A DNA stretch of 64,000 nucleotides from Bacteriovoracia bacterium (GCA_046570105.1 JBKHVI010000008.1:1-64000), one strand, 5' to 3'. Numbered from the stretch's first letter, positions 50,472 through 60,487 are shown. The notes: generated by a model from the sequence alone, not told the origin. Made by a program: numbers and translations.

Positions 50472-51083
50472 ATGACGCTCTATCGCTCAATCACGCTCTG
50501 GGTTTTATTTGTCGCACTCTCTGCAAGTAATGCAAAGGCCGTCGACAGCTTTACTCAACAATTTAAGTATATTGGTTTCCACCTAGGTACGCTCACGGAA
50601 TTTTATGACGCTATTCAAGTGGATGACCAAGGGACGACAGACAAGTTTGCTATCAATCCCATGCTTGGCTTCTCACTTGAGATTGAAATCACACCGGACT
50701 GGATGTGGGCCCCAGAAATTAATTGGGTGCTGCCTCGCGAAGCGGGCGAAGGTGTTTCAAAGAATCTACTCATGATTCGTAACGATGCCATTTGGCGCGC
50801 TACTGACATATTGCGTCTCAGAGTCGGAACATCCTTCATGATCAACAACATCAAAGGCCAAGGTGGCAGTAAGCGACTCAATAACGGCGCTGGTACCTCC
50901 GAGTTCTATGTTCCATCAGAGTCGCGCACCTCTATCAACAACACTCTCGATCTTGGTGCCGAGGCCCTGATGGATGAGTTCGCCTTTCGTTTTCAAACCT
51001 ATATTTACTCGCTGTTAAAGTCTGAGCGGCGCCAAATTAGCTATAGCTTGACCCTGACTTACTACTACGACATGGGAAAATAA
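50472..51083 (+). CDS. Probable outer-membrane beta-barrel protein
   Basis: Signal peptide, amphipathic strands, aromatic C-terminal strand. Confidence 0.6.
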   Translation: MTLYRSITLWVLFVALSASNAKAVDSFTQQFKYIGFHLGTLTEFYDAIQVDDQGTTDKFAINPMLGFSLEIEITPDWMWAPEINWVLPREAGEGVSKNLLMIRNDAIWRATDILRLRVGTSFMINNIKGQGGSKRLNNGAGTSEFYVPSESRTSINNTLDLGAEALMDEFAFRFQTYIYSLLKSERRQISYSLTLTYYYDMGK

Positions 51084-51084
51084 G

Positions 51085-51882
51085 ATGAAACTCTTAATCG
51101 CTTTATTGATACCGACTCTCGCCCATGCTTTCACCCTCAACAATTCTATTGGTGCGCGATTTAAAGACGAGAAAGTAAATGTTCGAGTTGGCATCAATCC
51201 TTCAGCTTGTGCCAATGTTGATCTCAATGAAATCTCAGGGCTAGTTGGGGAAGCCATAGATGAGTTTTGGAACAAAGTCCCCAGCTCTCGACTTGAATTA
51301 AAAGATGGTGGCAGTTACCAAACAGGTGACGATGATTTTTGGAATGGTGAGCTCTGTCTGATTGGCGGCACTTGTGGAGCTCCGGTGATTCCTGGTGTGA
51401 GTGATATCGTGATCACCTGTAATCAAAATGCGACGAACTTCACCGCCGGCTCACTCTTGGCCCTTACTCTTCCCAACGTGATCCGTGGAAAGAATATTCA
51501 AGGTGCTGTCGTCATTATCAACGATACATCGACAACTTTTGATGAACTCTCGCGTGACAAGAAAGTGGCCGTCATTGCCCATGAAATCGGCCACGCCATC
51601 GGCCTTGGACACAGTGAAGAGAAATCGGCCTTGATGTATTTTGCTGTCGTTCCTAAGCGCTCAAGCCTAGGCCAAGATGATATTGACGGTGTGACTTATC
51701 TTTATCCAGTACAACTCGATGTCTTTGGCGCCGGCTGTTTTCTCGGCAGCATCGCTGCCAGTTCAGACGACGATTCACAAGGACCAGGAAGTTTTTGGCC
51801 CACAGCCATGGTGGGCCTATTGCTGGCACTGTTCTTGAGAAGGCCGGCTAAGAAATCGATCTCAGCGAGTTCCCTCGCTTAG
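51085..51882 (+). CDS. Matrixin (M10-like) metalloprotease with C-terminal membrane anchor
   Basis: HEIGHAIGLGHS, ALM Met-turn, DDIDGV..LY; TM helix plus basic tail. Confidence 0.9.
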   Translation: MKLLIALLIPTLAHAFTLNNSIGARFKDEKVNVRVGINPSACANVDLNEISGLVGEAIDEFWNKVPSSRLELKDGGSYQTGDDDFWNGELCLIGGTCGAPVIPGVSDIVITCNQNATNFTAGSLLALTLPNVIRGKNIQGAVVIINDTSTTFDELSRDKKVAVIAHEIGHAIGLGHSEEKSALMYFAVVPKRSSLGQDDIDGVTYLYPVQLDVFGAGCFLGSIAASSDDDSQGPGSFWPTAMVGLLLALFLRRPAKKSISASSLA

Positions 51883-53608
51883 CACATTCGGCTTCATAGA
51901 TTTCTAGCATCTCTTTTTCTTCGCTGTTGAGAAGTTTCTCATCAATCAAATTCGGATCAAGTCCCACATGGGTGAATGATCTAAAATGCAGCATCCCTTT
52001 GTGAGTAGGATGTTTTTCAACCACCACCACATTCTCTAAGCGCACACCAGCAAAGCCTGGCACATAAATCCCCGGCTCAACTGAAACGACTTGGCCAGCT
52101 TTCATGGGAAGTTCTGAACGCAGAGAAATACTTACGCCACCTTCATGCACGTAAACGCCGACACCATGGCCTGTGCCATGAGCGTAATTAAACCCATGCT
52201 TCAACAAAGGAGCACGACAGATGCCATCAAGAACGATGCCCTTTGTTCCTTCTGGGAAAACGGCATTAAGACACTGAAGAAATCCTTTCAACACGAGAGT
52301 ATAAATCTTTTTATATTCGGGATTGGCCTGACCTCGTGGACTGGCAAAAAAGGTGCGAGTCGTATCGGTGGCAAATCCACCGGCAAAATAACCACCCGAA
52401 TCCAAGAGAATCATATCATCTTCTTTTATCGTGATTTGATCCGAGGGATTTCCATAATGAATGATAGAACCGTTGGGGCCGACACCGGCGATAGTATTAA
52501 AGCTTTGTTCTTTTGAACCTTGCTCCTGATATTTCACCGTTGTTTGTTGATACAAATCAAGCTCGGTTATTCTTTTACCTGCCTTGATATTTTCTTTGAC
52601 CCACTTAATGGTATTAAAAATCGCTTTATCACTTTTTGTGAAACTGTTTTCCATTTCACGAATTTCGGCCGGCTCTTTAATCGACATCCATTCAACGAGT
52701 CCGCCATTTTTTTCTTTTAAGCGCTCAGGGTGCATGACAGAAAGAAGCATCGAAAAGTCCGCACAATTGGCCTGGGTTGGATCAAACGAGACCTGCTCGA
52801 GGCGCAAGGTATTCTGTAAGCGACTGAGTTCGAGGGGCACTTGTTCATGAGGAACCTTGATCCACTCGACGCCATCAATCTTGGCGGCTTTATCAGAAAT
52901 CGGAGTATCGGGAGTGACGAAAACATATACTTTGCGAAGTGTGGCCAGGGCACGGGCCCGAAAACTTGAAAGATGAGGTAACTGGTAACCACGACAGTTC
53001 GTAAGCCAGGCGATTTGATCAAGCGCGGAAAGATACATGCCTTGGGTTTCGTTCTCAAAAATGAGCGCTGTTTTTTCTAGCGTATCGCGGCCACGATTTT
53101 CTCGTGGAACGAATTGAACTTCTTTAGGTGCCGGAAGTGGTAGGAAATCAATTTTTGCCGCTAATTCCGCCTTAAAATAAGCAACCGTTTCACAGACTTT
53201 TTCAAGACGCTTCAAAAAATTAAGCGTCGTGCGATCCGCTTCAATGCCTACACGCTTAAATTGGTGCTCATTAATATCATTGATAAGCGCTTGAGTTGTA
53301 GGGGTTGATTGATCACACTTCACCACATGAACAACATCATGCGGAGCTTCCATGTCGGCTTGTTCATGATAACGGCCGTCTACGTAAAGTCGGGCCTTAC
53401 CCTGGCGTGGAACGAGTAGCTCAGCAGTTGAACCTGTGAAACCCGAGAAATAGAAACGGTGACAATCCTCTAGAGGAACGTATTCATTGAGATAGACATC
53501 AAAGCTCGAGACATAGAATGCGTCGAGTTTTTCTTGCGTCATAAATTGCTGAATTTTTTGGATGTTCTCTTTCACAGTTTGAGAGGACAGAGTGAGGTTT
53601 TTCTTCAT
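51848..53608 (-). CDS. Xaa-Pro aminopeptidase (M24)
   Basis: SGFTGS, VDGRY, DSGG....TDTTRT, HGTGHGVG...VHE, EPGIY, RLEN. Confidence 0.95.
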   Translation of the reverse strand: MKKNLTLSSQTVKENIQKIQQFMTQEKLDAFYVSSFDVYLNEYVPLEDCHRFYFSGFTGSTAELLVPRQGKARLYVDGRYHEQADMEAPHDVVHVVKCDQSTPTTQALINDINEHQFKRVGIEADRTTLNFLKRLEKVCETVAYFKAELAAKIDFLPLPAPKEVQFVPRENRGRDTLEKTALIFENETQGMYLSALDQIAWLTNCRGYQLPHLSSFRARALATLRKVYVFVTPDTPISDKAAKIDGVEWIKVPHEQVPLELSRLQNTLRLEQVSFDPTQANCADFSMLLSVMHPERLKEKNGGLVEWMSIKEPAEIREMENSFTKSDKAIFNTIKWVKENIKAGKRITELDLYQQTTVKYQEQGSKEQSFNTIAGVGPNGSIIHYGNPSDQITIKEDDMILLDSGGYFAGGFATDTTRTFFASPRGQANPEYKKIYTLVLKGFLQCLNAVFPEGTKGIVLDGICRAPLLKHGFNYAHGTGHGVGVYVHEGGVSISLRSELPMKAGQVVSVEPGIYVPGFAGVRLENVVVVEKHPTHKGMLHFRSFTHVGLDPNLIDEKLLNSEEKEMLEIYEAECAKRGNSLRSIS

Positions 53609-53669
53609 AGAATCATCCTTGTTTAGATATAAAAAATTACCGCGAGAGCATAGCGAAGGGAAGGATATT

Positions 53670-54761
53670 ATGGCCGTAAAACCACCGGTTTATTACGGAG
53701 ACTACCTCCAACTGACAAAAATTCTGGATGCTCAGGCCCCAGAGTCCGCTAAAAGAGGCCCTGCCGCTCATGACGAGATGCTTTTTATCGTCATCCACCA
53801 AACTTACGAACTTTGGTTCAAACAGATCCTGCACGAAATCGCTTCGGTTAAAGAACTCTTAGCTCTTGTCCCGATGCCTTCAACCGCCCTCTCCACCATC
53901 GTTGGCCGGCTTCATCGTGTAACGGAAATTCAAAAAATTTTGGTTGATCAAATTCGTGTGATTGAAACCATGACTTCCCTCGATTTTCTCGAGTTCCGTG
54001 ACGATCTTTTACCCGCTTCCGGATTTCAAAGTTTACAATTTCGTTTGCTCGAAGCGGGCCTAGGCGTCACTTCTAAACATCGCATGGCCGTTGAGCACCA
54101 ATTCTTTCAATCTAGACTTAAACCAGCAGATCGCGAAGCTTTGCAAAAAGCCGAGAACTCTCCTTCACTCATTGTTTTAATGGAGCAATGGCTTGAACGC
54201 ATGCCCTTTGCCCAATTTGATGATTGGGATTTTTGGAGTCAGTACTCTGATCGCGTACAAAGCATGCTTGATCGCGATGAAAAATCGATCAAATCCAATC
54301 CCACTTTAGATGATCGCGCCCGTGAAATGGAGTTAGCGAATTTAAAGGCCACTCGAGAAAGTTTCCTTACACTTTTAGATGCCTCTCGCTGGCAACAAGC
54401 TCAGGACGAAGGTCGCGTGCGTTTGTCTCAACGTGCAACACTGAACGCTCTCTTTATTCAGCTTTATCGTGACTGGCCGGCAATGCAGATGCCAAAACAA
54501 ATTCTCACCCTTGCTGTCGAGATTGATGAGCAAATGACCACTTGGCGCTATCGTCATGCGATTATGGCACAAAGAATTTTAGGTACAAAAATTGGTACCG
54601 GTGGTTCCAGCGGCAGCGACTACCTTAAGAAAACAACTGAGCGCAATCGTGTCTTCACTGACTTTTTCAATCTCTCGACTTTTTTGATTCCTAAATCTGA
54701 GATCCCAGAGTTACCTGACTTCTTAAAAACAGAGATGGGTTTTTCTTATGAAGGGATATAA
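53670..54761 (+). CDS. kynA: Tryptophan 2,3-dioxygenase
   Basis: YGDYLQL, HDEMLFIVIHQTYELWFKQ, PASGFQS, GTGGSSG. Confidence 0.95.
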   Translation: MAVKPPVYYGDYLQLTKILDAQAPESAKRGPAAHDEMLFIVIHQTYELWFKQILHEIASVKELLALVPMPSTALSTIVGRLHRVTEIQKILVDQIRVIETMTSLDFLEFRDDLLPASGFQSLQFRLLEAGLGVTSKHRMAVEHQFFQSRLKPADREALQKAENSPSLIVLMEQWLERMPFAQFDDWDFWSQYSDRVQSMLDRDEKSIKSNPTLDDRAREMELANLKATRESFLTLLDASRWQQAQDEGRVRLSQRATLNALFIQLYRDWPAMQMPKQILTLAVEIDEQMTTWRYRHAIMAQRILGTKIGTGGSSGSDYLKKTTERNRVFTDFFNLSTFLIPKSEIPELPDFLKTEMGFSYEGI

Positions 54762-55929
54762 GCACTATTACCAACATTTTCTGAATGCCAATCCTCAAGA
54801 GTTGCACTTTGCCGCCCACTCTCATCATTTCTGGCCAGACGTCACTCGCGCAGCTCAACTGCAAGCGTGGGATGATGCTGCCCGCTTTAATGATCGCAAA
54901 TGGGAGCATCTTTTTTCTGAAGTGATCCCCAAAGTTCAAAAGCAAATTGCTCATATCCTGAATTTGAAATCTCCTGAGATGATTGCACTAGCACCCAACA
55001 CTCACGATCTTTTGGTGCGACTTTTTTCTGAACTCTTATTACGACCAAACCTCTCGGTGCTTACGACCGACAGTGAATTTCACTCCTTCTCAAGACAACT
55101 TCATCGCTGGGAAGAAGCTCACACGCATCTTTCTGTCACACGAGTAAAAACTCAGACCCTCTTACAAAACAGAGAAGAGTTTATAGCTCAGCTGCAAACT
55201 CAGATCCCTCAGCATCAAGTCGTTTTCCTAAGCCAAGTTTTCTTTAATTCCGGACTTGCCCTCACTCAAGAAGAACTACTTCGTTTAATAAATGCAGCTC
55301 CCAAAGAAACTGTGATTATTATCGATGGTTATCATGGCTTTGCTGCTCTTCCCTTGGATCTTTCAAGTGTCGAGGGAAGAATTTTCTATCTCGGTGGCGG
55401 TTATAAATACGCTCAAGGTGGCGAGGGTGTGGGCTTCATGGTGGTGCCGTCAGGTGCTTGGCGACCGGTCATCACAGGCTGGTTTGCCGAGTACGCTAAA
55501 CTCTCTAGTCCGCGCGCTGGAGAAGTAGGTTTCTCCAATGACGGCATGGCCTTTTGGGGAGCGACACTTGATCCTTCCGGTTGGTACCGCTTCAATGCCA
55601 CTTGGGACTTGTTCCAGGAAATTGATCTGAGCGTCGAAAAAATTCATCAGCATATTGTTAATTTGCAGAGTGTTTTTCTTGATAATTACCAAGCAAGTCC
55701 GAGTGCACTCGATGGACTTACCCCTCTTTTTCAACATCCTCTCCCGCTTCATGGTCACTTCCTGACCTTTGAATCGAAGGACACCAATGAAGCCTCTCTA
55801 CAGAGGGAAAAATGGCTTAAAAATGGTGTCTATGTCGATCAACGAGGAGCGCGCTTGCGCTTCGGTTTTGGACTGTACCATGACCGGACTGATATTCCTG
55901 AGCTGTTTAGACGCCTAAGTCTGAGATAA
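54748..55929 (+). CDS. Kynureninase-like class V PLP enzyme
   Basis: DSEFHS, IDGYH, GGGYKY; overlaps kynA end. Confidence 0.75.
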   Translation: MKGYKHYYQHFLNANPQELHFAAHSHHFWPDVTRAAQLQAWDDAARFNDRKWEHLFSEVIPKVQKQIAHILNLKSPEMIALAPNTHDLLVRLFSELLLRPNLSVLTTDSEFHSFSRQLHRWEEAHTHLSVTRVKTQTLLQNREEFIAQLQTQIPQHQVVFLSQVFFNSGLALTQEELLRLINAAPKETVIIIDGYHGFAALPLDLSSVEGRIFYLGGGYKYAQGGEGVGFMVVPSGAWRPVITGWFAEYAKLSSPRAGEVGFSNDGMAFWGATLDPSGWYRFNATWDLFQEIDLSVEKIHQHIVNLQSVFLDNYQASPSALDGLTPLFQHPLPLHGHFLTFESKDTNEASLQREKWLKNGVYVDQRGARLRFGFGLYHDRTDIPELFRRLSLR

Positions 55930-55960
55930 CAGGTCTGGTTAAGCCTTTCTAAAAAAGCGC

Positions 55961-55987
55961 TAAAGTTCAACGAAAACATGCCGATAG
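55961..55987 (+). promoter_or_regulatory. sigma28 (FliA)-type promoter
   Basis: TAAAGTT...GCCGATAG with TAAA-N15 spacing. Confidence 0.75.
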
Positions 55988-56029
55988 AGCCTTCAATGGA
56001 AAATAAAACCAATTGAGGCGGTCGGGTTT

Positions 56030-56224
56030 ATGGGCATTAAGTTTGGCAGTGTGATTCTTACTATCTTGTTTCTCTTCATCGCGAAAATTTCGTTTGAAGC
56101 GACAACTGATATGGGAAAAACTTCTGCTGATCGAGCCCCTGCCAGCGTGAGTGCTGTAAACTCAGTCAACTCTATCGATGCTGATTACCAAATTCATATG
56201 CAGGGCCAATACAAGAAGAATTAG
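56030..56224 (+). CDS. Small secreted or membrane-anchored protein
   Basis: N-terminal hydrophobic helix, RAPAS linker, promoter upstream. Confidence 0.7.
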   Translation: MGIKFGSVILTILFLFIAKISFEATTDMGKTSADRAPASVSAVNSVNSIDADYQIHMQGQYKKN

Positions 56225-56236
56225 TTCTTTTTTTTT

Positions 56237-56397
56237 ATTCAAATTCATCCGTAAGTCCGAAACTCACAACTATATTTAATAAAATCATTCAGCTTGAGGA
56301 CGCCTCAAGCTTTCTATTTTTAGGATTGAATCATCCTGGCAAAAGCCTACTGTCTAAAGAAGTTCTTTGCGCCAGGATGAGACGGATGAATTTGAAT
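56237..56397. repeat. Intergenic element with perfect 16 bp terminal inverted repeat and two internal hairpins
   Basis: attcaaattcatccgt 56237-56252 / acggatgaatttgaat 56382-56397; inner stems 56291-56311 and 56331-56380. Confidence 0.85.
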
Positions 56398-56404
56398 GGG
56401 ACTA

Positions 56405-57748
56405 CTAAGCCAGCATCTCTCTCGCTCGCGCTTTGAATTGAGTTCCACGATCCACATAATTTTTAAATTGATCAAATGACGGATGGGCCGGTGAAAACAC
56501 CAAGCTGCCCACGAGTTTTTGTTCGCGCACTTTTGTGAATAAACCCACCAGATCATGAGCAGCTTCTACTTTGAATTCACTCGAGAGTTCATTCACCAAA
56601 CGTTCAGTCGTCATGCCAATGGTGAAGATCTTGGTTACACGATTCTTAAAGCCCACGAGATCCGGTAAAAGCTTATCTGTCTCATTACGAAGCTTTCCAC
56701 CCACCACTAAGTACAAAGGCTCATTACCCTCAAAGGCCGCCAGAGCAGTCCGAGTGGCTTCTCCGTTGGTGCTTTTGGCATCGTTATAGACCTTAAGGCC
56801 AGAAAAGTTTCCGACAAACTCCAAGCGATGCTCCACACCGGCAAAAGTCTCGATGAATTTTTGAAAGAGTTGATCGAGTTGAGCAATACCAAGTAGCGAA
56901 AGGGTTTTCCACGCACAGAAATAATTGGCGCGATTGTGGGCACCGACAAGTACTCCCTTGCTAAAATCAAAGTGCGCCAGAAAATCGGCAGGCAAATTGG
57001 CCTTACTAAAGAGGTGACGTTGAGCGGGATAGGCCTCACTCCACTTCACCCACTCTCCTGACTCCTCACCAACAATCAAATGATCACTAGAGGTCGCATT
57101 TTTTAGAATACGCAATTTCGCCTGTCCGTAATCCTCAAGGCCCGTGTATCGCTCCGAATGATTCAAGGTGAGATTGAGCATCAAAGCTATATGAGGATGA
57201 AAGGCTTCAATCGTCTCTAGCTGAAAGCTAGAAACTTCAATCACGGCATAATCAAAGCTCTCGCCTTTTAAAACCGACAGGGCCATCTCACAATAAGGCG
57301 TGCCGATATTGCCGCCGCAGAAAACTTTTTTCCCGGCAAGTTTTAAGGCCTCATAAATCATCGTTGTCGTGGTGGTTTTGCCATTGGTTCCTGTGATGGC
57401 AATCACCGGAGTCTTTTGGCAGAACCAAAAAGCCAGCTCAATTTCAGAAATGATTCTCAATTTCTTTTGTACGGCCAACTTCAGAACTTCGTGAGTCGCA
57501 GGAATCCCCGGAGAGATGATAATTAAATCAACCTTACTAAAAATTTCAGCAGCATTTTGTTGCTGATGCCAGTAACAGCGCTCAAGGATGCGCTCAAGAG
57601 GTTTACCCCAAACATCTGGATCACCCTCATTCACGGCATGGGTTTCAATCCCGAGACTTTGCAAGAGAGTCACAGCGGCGACACCGGACTTACCCATGCC
57701 AAAAACCGCTGCACGCTGAATATTTTGCATCTCGATAGGTCTCTGCAT
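56405..57748 (-). CDS. murD: UDP-N-acetylmuramoyl-L-alanine--D-glutamate ligase (start may be 57730)
   Basis: GMGKSG, SPGIP, ITGTNGKTTT, EVSSFQL, HRLE, NDAKSTN, SPA..SFDQF. Confidence 0.96.
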   Translation of the reverse strand: MQRPIEMQNIQRAAVFGMGKSGVAAVTLLQSLGIETHAVNEGDPDVWGKPLERILERCYWHQQQNAAEIFSKVDLIIISPGIPATHEVLKLAVQKKLRIISEIELAFWFCQKTPVIAITGTNGKTTTTTMIYEALKLAGKKVFCGGNIGTPYCEMALSVLKGESFDYAVIEVSSFQLETIEAFHPHIALMLNLTLNHSERYTGLEDYGQAKLRILKNATSSDHLIVGEESGEWVKWSEAYPAQRHLFSKANLPADFLAHFDFSKGVLVGAHNRANYFCAWKTLSLLGIAQLDQLFQKFIETFAGVEHRLEFVGNFSGLKVYNDAKSTNGEATRTALAAFEGNEPLYLVVGGKLRNETDKLLPDLVGFKNRVTKIFTIGMTTERLVNELSSEFKVEAAHDLVGLFTKVREQKLVGSLVFSPAHPSFDQFKNYVDRGTQFKARAREMLA

Positions 57749-57766
57749 GTGTGTTATACCCCAAGC

Positions 57767-58993
57767 ATGAATTTAGAGGCCCGCCACCAGGCCCTGATAA
57801 GTTTCTTATTACCCTATCAGGACATCTGGAAAAACGAAATCATGCTGCAATATCCAAACTCATTGGATGGCTATCCTATGTCATGGATTGAGGAGCTTCT
57901 GCCTTGGGTTGAACCTGAAAAGACACTCCAACTGACTTACGATCAAGGATGGGACACACTTTCAGGCGAACTCTCCGCATTTCATCGGCAAACTCAAACT
58001 TTATGCTCTTTTCCTCAACTCACAGCAACGAGAGCGCTTCCAGTTACTTCCGATACGTGGGTTAAAATTATTCCCAAGAAGCAACATGAGCTGGAGCGTC
58101 TGGCACCTATTTTAGCTGACTTCATGAAACTTCATCGATTACAGAATGTAGTTGATATTGGCGGCGGACTTGGCCACTTAGCGCAAACCCTCGCCCATCA
58201 CTATCATCTCCCTGTTCTAAGTCTAGATATGGATGAAAAACTCCAAACTGCGGGCCTGAGATGGCAGGCGCATAAGTGGCCCAATTCAAGATTTCCTGTG
58301 CGCTACCAAACTCATCGCATCGATCATCATGATCAAACATTCATTGATCTCTTAAAACCTCAAACTCTAAGCACCGGCCTTCACACTTGTGGTGGCCTGG
58401 CCGTCGCTCATCTGAAGGCCGCTCAAGTCGCTGGAGCGGCCCTTGCTAATATGGGTTGCTGTTATCACAAGCTTGAAATGTCTGAGACCAATCTTTCGCA
58501 AATTTCAAAAGAGCAACCTATCCCTTGGGGCCTGTACTCGCTGACTCTTGCCTCAGGCGCTCATCATAAAGTGAGCTTGGATGATACCGTCTTTCGTAAC
58601 CAAGTGAAGCGCTTCCGTTATATTCTGCATTTCTTGTTGCATGACCACTTTGGCATCACAACACCAGTCAAGCTTGGGAATGCCGATCCTAAATCCTATG
58701 TGGGAAGTTTTGCTGATTACGTCCGCGAGCAACTTGCTCGCCTCAATCTGCAATTCGCAGGTACTGACAAAGCGCTGGAAGATTTTCGAATGGACGAAGC
58801 CAGACAGTTATTAGTTGAGCAGATGTTAGCGGCTGCGCTTATTCGCGATCAATTTGGCAGGGTGCTAGAAAGCGCTCTCTTGGTGGATCGCGCGTTGTGG
58901 ATGAAAGATCAGGGACATCAAGTGGAGATCGGAGAAATCTTTGACGCTAAAATTTCTCCAAGGAATCTTATCCTTCTTTCCTGGAAAAACTAG
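57767..58993 (+). CDS. SAM-dependent methyltransferase (METTL25/RRNAD1-like)
   Basis: KKQHE, VDIGGGLGHL, GLHTCG, GCCY, ISPRN. Confidence 0.85.
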   Translation: MNLEARHQALISFLLPYQDIWKNEIMLQYPNSLDGYPMSWIEELLPWVEPEKTLQLTYDQGWDTLSGELSAFHRQTQTLCSFPQLTATRALPVTSDTWVKIIPKKQHELERLAPILADFMKLHRLQNVVDIGGGLGHLAQTLAHHYHLPVLSLDMDEKLQTAGLRWQAHKWPNSRFPVRYQTHRIDHHDQTFIDLLKPQTLSTGLHTCGGLAVAHLKAAQVAGAALANMGCCYHKLEMSETNLSQISKEQPIPWGLYSLTLASGAHHKVSLDDTVFRNQVKRFRYILHFLLHDHFGITTPVKLGNADPKSYVGSFADYVREQLARLNLQFAGTDKALEDFRMDEARQLLVEQMLAAALIRDQFGRVLESALLVDRALWMKDQGHQVEIGEIFDAKISPRNLILLSWKN

Positions 58994-59622
58994 AAAGTCC
59001 AGCTAACCAAAAATTCTGGCAACCAGCCGACACTTGTTCCATCGATATATTTTGAATCGAGAAAATAGAAATAGCTCACACCTACACCAAAACTAAAACG
59101 CGATTTCGTATAGAAGTTAATGCCCGTATCTATCTGCACATAATGCAAATCAACCGAGGTGTTATCGCTTACGAAATCAAAAAACAGAGCATCGGTATCA
59201 TTATTCGAATCAAGATTAAGACCATTCCAGTGAACATAGTTGTAGCGAGGAAAAACAAAAAACTCGAACCAGTTTTTGCGCCAACTTAAGATTGGCCCAA
59301 CATAACCGCCATAGGAGTCAATAAAGCCTGTGCCGTAAAAGACTCCACCAGAGGCGGCAACAGAAGTGCCCTCTTCTTTGTTCACAAAAGAATACTTTGT
59401 GAAGCCGGAGAACACTGGAGTCAGTTGTGATTCGGCGGCCAGACCCATATCCCATTTATCACTTAAGCCGCGCTCATAGGTGATACCAAGAACCGGGATA
59501 CCTGGAGAAATTTGAATTTTGTTTTGACCTTCACCCAGTGGGCGAGCATTTCTGGTCGTCATCATGGGTGCGACTGAACAAGCAGCCGAGAAAAGCAAAG
59601 CGACAAGAAAGATGAATTTCAT
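58990..59622 (-). CDS. Hypothetical outer-membrane lipoprotein/beta-barrel
   Basis: SAAC lipobox, beta-strands, C-terminal Phe. Confidence 0.65.
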   Translation of the reverse strand: MKFIFLVALLFSAACSVAPMMTTRNARPLGEGQNKIQISPGIPVLGITYERGLSDKWDMGLAAESQLTPVFSGFTKYSFVNKEEGTSVAASGGVFYGTGFIDSYGGYVGPILSWRKNWFEFFVFPRYNYVHWNGLNLDSNNDTDALFFDFVSDNTSVDLHYVQIDTGINFYTKSRFSFGVGVSYFYFLDSKYIDGTSVGWLPEFLVSWTF

Positions 59623-59630
59623 TAAATTCT

Positions 59631-60401
59631 CTAGTTCAAGTGGAAAACTTCGCGCATTTCTTGATTCAAAAGACTCATCTTTTGATCAATCAATGGATGA
59701 TTCACATCTTTTGCATCCAAGAGATAGTTCTCAGGACCCAAGGGACGGATCATCAATTTAGTCTGCCAAGTGTTGTCGTGGGCCATATTCACATCTTGGC
59801 GATAGAGATAGCGATCAAGCACTTCTTTAGGAACAAAGTCTTGAATCGAATTGAAGTAATGATCGTTATAAATTTTCTTACCATTGGCCAAGCGAGTATA
59901 GCCTCGTACGACGTAATCGACATAAACCACATCAGCTTCAAAAGCATTGAACATATATTCTAGTGCTTTAAGTGGAATAATTTCTCCACATGTCGCCACA
60001 TCGATATCGACACGAAAAGTACAAATACCTTCTGGATCTGAAACGTCTGGATAAGTATGAGTACAAATATGTGACTTATCTAAGTGCATTTTAACTTTGC
60101 TGCCGCCCTCGCCGCCTTCCCAACCGCCACCGGCAATATCACTCATCAGTGTCATGGTTGAAGCACCGACTGGATCGTAGTTCTGAATGCTTTCATTTAA
60201 AATATTAGCATCGATGATGCGGCAAATTTCACGGGCGATATCGCGGATTTTTTCAGCTGAATATTTCTCAGAAATATAGGCCATATAGGCCTGGCGCTGG
60301 TCTTCGTTCATCGCGATATTAAAATCATAGAGATTAAAACTCAAAATCTTAGTTAAATTATTAAACCCTGAGAGTTTTACTTTCTCTGTGATCGTAACCA
60401 T
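59631..60401 (-). CDS. speD: S-adenosylmethionine decarboxylase proenzyme
   Basis: GFNNLTK.LSF, HLDKSHIC.HTYP, TFR.DIDV.TCG. Confidence 0.95.
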   Translation of the reverse strand: MVTITEKVKLSGFNNLTKILSFNLYDFNIAMNEDQRQAYMAYISEKYSAEKIRDIAREICRIIDANILNESIQNYDPVGASTMTLMSDIAGGGWEGGEGGSKVKMHLDKSHICTHTYPDVSDPEGICTFRVDIDVATCGEIIPLKALEYMFNAFEADVVYVDYVVRGYTRLANGKKIYNDHYFNSIQDFVPKEVLDRYLYRQDVNMAHDNTWQTKLMIRPLGPENYLLDAKDVNHPLIDQKMSLLNQEMREVFHLN

Positions 60402-60487
60402 TACGACTAACCTTTGCTGTATAGAATTAAGCGATTTTTATATGGGGCGGGGGGGCAAATGGCAAGAATTTTAGGCCTAAACAAAGT

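Noticed and set aside
56237..56397. Retron msr/msd or 6S RNA
   Set aside because: No reverse transcriptase nearby; the branched fold does not match the 6S rod with a central bubble.
57557..57766. Long N-terminal extensions in the ORF track (also at 2490, 19427, 30085, 40532, 53592)
   Set aside because: They overlap opposite genes, promoters or repeats; downstream ATGs have better signals.
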